DNA of 64,000 nt from Octopus bimaculoides (lineage: Eukaryota). The translations under genes and the position numbers were made by a program. A model generated the notes under the pieces. The model made no database searches, was not told where the DNA came from, and was given only the letters and a program-made list of their open reading frames with translations. The number at the start of each line of letters is the position of its first letter. Positions within the stretch are counted from its first letter, which is position 1. Shown here in pieces: positions 59,202 to 64,000 of the stretch. The stretch is taken from NCBI RefSeq assembly GCF_001194135.2, contig NC_069001.1:32383936-32447935 (forward strand), written 5' to 3'.

Positions 59202-62200
59202 CTGAAAAATAAAGAGAATAAAACAGATTTTGTTTCATTATTTCTAATTAACAAAAACAAACAAACAAACAAGCAAATGTAGGTGGTTGTGTGGCAAGAA
59301 GCTTCCTTCCCAGCCATATGGTTCTGGGTTCAGTCACACTGTGTGGCACGTTGGTTAAATGTTTTCTACTATAGTCTTGGGAAGACTAAAGCCTTGTGAG
59401 TGGATTTGGTAGACAGAAACTGAAAGAAGCCTGTCATGTATATGTGTGTGTGTGTGAGTTTGTGTCCCCCTGCTACCACCACTTGATAACTGGTGTTGGG
59501 GTGTTTATGTCCCCATAACTTAGCAGTTTGGCAAAAGAAATCGATAGAATAAGTATTAGATTTTTAAAAAAAGTACCGGGATCAATTCATTTGATGTCGA
59601 TTACATTGACACCAGTGCATAACTGGTACTTATTTCATTGCCTTGAACAAAAAGAATACAAACGCTTCCACAATAAAGTGTGTGTGTATCTTCATTGGCT
59701 CTTATGCCGTAAATACCAATATGAAGAAACAGAGGACTGGTATGAGCATGTGCCAAGTAAAGTTACGCAGGAAGATGGAAAAGTAACGATACTCTGGGGC
59801 TATGATTTTCAGACGGATCATGTAACCGAACACCATCAGCCGGATATTGTCATATTGAATAAGAGAGACAGATGCTGTCAGATCATTGGTGTAGCCATAC
59901 CAAATGACATGAATGTTGTGAGTAAAGAGGTTGAAAATATCACCAAGTACTCCAAATTGAAAGTAGAAATGGCAAGACTGTATGGAATGCGGGAGGGTAA
60001 TGTAAAAGTGATACCAGTGGTGATTGGAGCGTTGGGCTCAGTCCCATTGAAATTTCAAGACTTCTTAAGGAAAATGGAAATCCCATGCAAGATCGATGTC
60101 TTGTAAAAAGCAGCCTTATTGGGCACAGCGCACATCTTAAGGAAAGTATTACATGTGTGAAGTCCTTGTTGTGACTTGACAGATGACTAAAGACTCCAGT
60201 GCATTTTTACCTACACTGTGTTATGAAATAATAATAATAATAATAATANNNNNNNNNNNNNNNNNNNNNNNNNNNNNNNNNNNNNNNNNNNNNNNNNNNN
60301 NNNNNNNNNNNNNNNNNNNNNNNNNNNNNNNNNNNNNNNNNNNNNNNNNNNNNNNNNNNNNNNNNNNNNNNNNNNNNNNNNNNNNNNNNNNNNNNNNNNN
60401 NNNNNNNNNNNNNNNNNNNNNNNNNNNNNNNNNNNNNNNNNNNNNNNNNNNNNNNNNNNNNNNNNNNNNNNNNNNNNNNNNNNNNNNNNNNNNNNNNNNN
60501 NNNNNNNNNNNNNNNNNNNNNNNNNNNNNNNNNNNNNNNNNNNNNNNNNNNNNNNNNNNNNNNNNNNNNNNNNNNNNNNNNNNNNNNNNNNNNNNNNNAG
60601 GGAGAAAGAGAGAATAATTGATCAACTCTTAAATGGTGGACATTATCAAATGATGTTTCATTAAAGAACAGAAGGCATCATCAAATGATGTTTCATTAAA
60701 GAACAGAAGGCATCATCAACTGATGTTTCATTAAAGAACAGAAGGCATCATCAACTGATGTTTCATTAGAGAACAATTAAATAGTTTATTGACAAATAAA
60801 TAATAAAAGGTGAAATACAACCAATGCATGTGTTTATTATTGGCACAATGACCCTCCTAAGACATGACAAAATCTGTTTCAACATACAAGTTCAGCTCAA
60901 GAATCTTGTAAATCAATTACAGAAATGAAATAATTGACATTAGTCAAAATAAAATAAAAAATAATAAAATAGGCACAAGCAAGGCTGTGTTGTAAGAAGC
61001 TGGCTTCCCAACCATATGGTTCCAGGTTCAGTCCTATTGCATGGCACCTTGGGCAAGTGTCTTCTACTATAGCCTCAGGCTAACCAAAGCCTTGAGAGTG
61101 GATTTGATAGATGGAAACTGAAAGAAACCTGTTGTACATATGGGTGTATGTGTGTGCATGTGTCTTTGTGTCTGTGTTTGTCCCCCACTACTACTCGACA
61201 ACAAGTGCTGGTGTGTTTTTACGTCTTCATAACTTGGCAGCTCAGCAAAAGCAAACGACAGACTAAGTTGCAGGTTTTAAAAAAATAAGTACTGGGGTCA
61301 ATTCATTCGACTAAGGAATTGTCCAAGGACGTGACCCAGCAAGGCTGCAATCTAATGACTGAAACAAGTAAGACAAAAAAGTGGCACTTTGAAAATATCA
61401 AAATCCTTACAAAAGTTCAAAAGTTCTCAGATTTTATATTCTGTATGAATTAAGAGCAAACTATAAAGAAACAAGAGAAATTATAATTACCTCCATGGCC
61501 AACTGGTGAGCACGAGATATGAGGGAAAGACCATTTGAGTAACAGAACAGTTCTGAAATACATTTGCCAAATGTGTAACCAAGGCCTCGAGGTGACAGGC
61601 TCCAACCATTGTGTGTACCGGGATCAGACCAAAGAAGATCACACATTGGACCCTGAAAAAGAATTTCTGTATATTTAGCTTCATGTTTACAGTGCATTAT
61701 AATTAGTTAGTCTACATTTACTCTGTAAGGAGCATAGAGCTATGACCATTTCATGCCAGTGGATGCAATCTTGGGTTCCCGCCTTGATTTCAGACCAAGA
61801 GAGAGCAACTGCTTTCATTTCATGCTCCATACATCCTTTCCAGGTCTTCTTAGATTGTCCAACTTCTCTCTTTCCCTCGGGTTGCCAGTCTAACCCTTGT
61901 CTTGCAATGCTACTTGAAGGTCTCTTTAAAGCAGTGGTTCTGAACCATTTTTTATCTATGAACCCCTTTGATTCCTATTTTACTCAGATGGGCCCTCCCA
62001 GCCATTCCATGTAAAAAACAAGAATATCATATATTTTTATAATTAGATATTAGGAATTGTATAAATAAGAATTGTTGAGATATTTTCTTTATTGTAAAAG
62101 TGTAATCAATTTATTGCATATGAATTTTAACCACAAAATCTTATGTGGACTCCTAAGGGTTACATGGATTCTGGTTGAGAACCAATGCTTCAGAGTGTAA

Positions 62201-62993
62201 CCACTCCAGTCCCATTTCCTTTCCAGAATTTTTGATGGGTGTATGGTTCATTCTATCCCACAGTGAGTTGTAGAAAAAAAGAAAAAAAATGTGCAGATGT
62301 GGCAATGTGATTAAGACGCATGCTTCCGAAATACATAGTCTCAAGTTCAATCTCACTGCATGGTACCTTCTTCTATTATAGTCATGGGCCAAGCAAGCTA
62401 TGTGAGAGGATTTGGTAGATGGAAACTGAAAAAGAAGCCCATCACATATATAAGTGTGTATACACGTGTGTATTTGTGTCTTTGTTTTGATGCTGCCGCC
62501 GCCACCACCACCACCACCACCACTGGATGTTAGGAAGAGCATCCAGCTGTAAAAGCCCTGCCAAAATAGACACAGAAGTCTGATGCAGTCTTCTGCCAGG
62601 CCAACTCCTGTCGACCTATACCAGCATGGAAAGCAGACATCAAATGATGATGATGATGATGATGATAATGAATGCAGTGAAGTGGCAGAATCGTTAGGAA
62701 GCCAGGTAAAATTCTTAGTGGTATTTTGCTTGTCTTTATGTTCTGAGTTCAAATTCTGCCAAGGTTGACTTTGCTTTTCATCCTTTAAGGGCCAATAAAA
62801 TAAGTAACAATTGAATACTGAGGTCGACGTAACTGACTTACCCCCACCCCTGAAATTGCTGGCCCAGTGCCAAAATTTGAAACCAATATAAATTTACACG
62901 TACTTCATGTGGTATTTCCTGTTTTCTGAACAAAGTATTAATGTTGTCCAAGTTGCAAATTGAAGGGGATAATCCTCCATGTAAACAAAATAT
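59129..62993 (-). CDS. Diverged PP2A catalytic-subunit paralog, partial (exons 4, 5, 7 visible; exon 6 not visible; exons 1-3 not seen, presumably beyond the right edge or in the 63087-63374 gap)
   Basis: Three exons have the same lengths (90, 162, 73 nt), phases and intron positions as the neighbouring PP2Ac gene, with canonical splice sites and no stops or frameshifts. Functional gene versus pseudogene cannot be decided here. Confidence 0.88.
59638..60248 (+). mobile_element. 5'-truncated R4/Dong-like (REL-endonuclease) non-LTR retrotransposon 3' end
   Basis: Translation [14 protein letters not shown]...W..HVP...[10 protein letters not shown]...QPDIVILNK...IIGVAIPND...KY...[10 protein letters not shown]...[17 protein letters not shown] matches the post-zinc-knuckle and restriction-like endonuclease region. 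Premature TAA at 60104-60106; (TAA)n tail at about 60228-60248. Confidence 0.85.
60641..60775. repeat. 35-bp minisatellite x3.9 (CATCATCAAMTGATGTTTCATTAAAGAACAGAAGG)
   Basis: Near-identical tandem units starting 60641, 60676, 60711 and 60746. Confidence 0.95.
61491..61652 (-). CDS. PP2Ac-like paralog exon 5 ([54 protein letters not shown])
   Basis: Acceptor tttcag|GGT, donor GAG|gtaatt; 38/54 aa identical. Confidence 0.94.
61932..62187. mobile_element. Older hAT MITE in paralog intron 4
   Basis: TIRs CAGTGGTTCTGAACC / GGTTGAGAACCAATG; degenerate TSD CTTTAAAG vs CTTCAGAG. A partial copy of the same family lies near 12985-13075. Confidence 0.6.
62674..62888 (+). mobile_element. Second tRNA-derived SINE family (GGCAGTGAGCTGGCAGAATCGTTAG...GAGTTCAAATTC...), representative copy
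   Basis: Related copies at about 1490-1720, 4640-4830, 11277-11455, 13800-13970, 19115-19320, 21260-21420, 22330-22550, 28560-28720 and 55560-55660. Confidence 0.8.
62904..62993 (-). CDS. PP2Ac-like paralog exon 4 ([30 protein letters not shown])
   Basis: Acceptor cttacag|ATA, donor GAA|gtacgt; 22/30 aa identical to exon 4 of the neighbour. Not in the ORF track. Confidence 0.92.
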
Positions 62994-63447
62994 CTGTAAG
63001 AAAAAAAACAAGAGAGAAAGACTCAGATAGTTTACAAGTGTTCAAAGATAATAAAGAAATACTGCAAGTCTTAGAAGAATGCACACNNNNNNNNNNNNNN
63101 NNNNNNNNNNNNNNNNNNNNNNNNNNNNNNNNNNNNNNNNNNNNNNNNNNNNNNNNNNNNNNNNNNNNNNNNNNNNNNNNNNNNNNNNNNNNNNNNNNNN
63201 NNNNNNNNNNNNNNNNNNNNNNNNNNNNNNNNNNNNNNNNNNNNNNNNNNNNNNNNNNNNNNNNNNNNNNNNNNNNNNNNNNNNNNNNNNNNNNNNNNNN
63301 NNNNNNNNNNNNNNNNNNNNNNNNNNNNNNNNNNNNNNNNNNNNNNNNNNNNNNNNNNNNNNNNNNNNNNNNNNCCCGTAAAGCAGATCTTGGATCTTGT
63401 TCTTTGGCCAATAAAGAAAAAGTAAAATGATTCTTTATTAACTAGGT

Positions 63448-63635
63448 GCAGGTGTGGCTGTGTGGTAAGAAGCTTGCTTCCCAGCCACATGGTTCCAGGT
63501 TCAGTCCCACTGTGTGGCACCTTGGACAAGTATCTTCTACTATAACCTCGGGCTGAACAAAGCCTTGTGAGTGGATTTGGCAGATGGAAACTGAAAGAAG
63601 CCAATCATATATATGTATGTATATGTGTGTGTGCA

Positions 63636-63673
<38 letters not shown>

Positions 63674-63880
63674 CATGTCTTTGTGTCTTATTTGCCCTCC
63701 ACCACTGCTTGACAATTGGTGTTGGTGTGTTTACATCATTGTAACCTAGCAGTTCGACAAAAATGACTGACAGAATAAGCACCAAGCTTAACAAAAATAA
63801 GTACTGGGGTCAATTCATTTGACTGAAAATTTTTCAATGAGATGCCCCATCATGGCCACAGTCTAAAGACTGAAACAAGA
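63448..63880 (+). mobile_element. Dominant tRNA-derived SINE family (head GCAGGYGTGGCTGTGTGGTAAGAAGCTTGCTTCCC...GGTTCAGTCCCACTG), representative copy
   Basis: About 20 copies on both strands, e.g. 18935-19100, 21990-22320, 22900-23190, 23985-24290, 25385-25740, 28215-28365, 30870-31070, 34293-34670, 38145-38310, 42972-43290, 57525-57685, 59278-59590, 60972-61378, 62290-62480. Internal (TG)n/(TA)n tract; coordinates approximate. Confidence 0.85.
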
Positions 63881-64000
63881 ACATGAGTGCTAAATATTAA
63901 AGTTTAATTAATGAAATATTGTAAAAATGCAAAAAAAATAACATTTCCTTTTAACTAAACAGAATGTAATGTAACTGCTCCATCACTAAGTTCCAGTAAC

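Noticed and set aside
59528-60106. 192-aa ORF as a host gene
   Set aside because: The N-terminal part is SINE sequence; the rest is the retrotransposon REL domain.
60641-60775. Regularly spaced 35-bp repeats as a CRISPR-like array or an exon 6 remnant
   Set aside because: Head-to-tail units with no unique spacers in a eukaryotic intron; similarity to exon 6 is limited to ATCATCAA.
59129-62993. Calling the second gene PP4c or PP6c
   Set aside because: Diagnostic residues (GYTFG, ISE.F, NGL.L.SRAH, LQFDPAP) and identical exon sizes match PP2Ac; only RKQE and the Val at the 304-equivalent position resemble PP4.

Overview
AT-rich, microsatellite- and SINE-dense animal genomic DNA with eight N gaps. 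The repeat families suggest a coleoid cephalopod such as Octopus (inference). The main content is a complete 7-exon minus-strand gene for the PP2A catalytic subunit (28058-46975, 310 aa, [14 protein letters not shown]...TPDYFL), with exon sizes I recognise from vertebrate PPP2CA/B. About 12 kb upstream, on the same strand, lies a second, strongly diverged PP2A-catalytic paralog. Its exons 4, 5 and 7 are visible with intact splice sites and frames (62904-62993, 61491-61652, 59129-59201; 73/107 aa identical to the neighbour). Its exon 6 is not visible and could only lie in a 350-N gap. Its tail reads VPDYFL instead of TPDYFL. The rest is tRNA-derived SINEs, hAT/piggyBac/mariner/Merlin-like MITEs, RTE-like and R4/Dong-like LINE fragments, foldback elements, decayed hammerhead-like motifs in a SINE family, and a probable ankyrin-repeat relic in PP2A intron 1. 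Almost all ORFs in the supplied track are microsatellite, SINE or N-gap noise. Repeat boundaries without a stated TSD are approximate.
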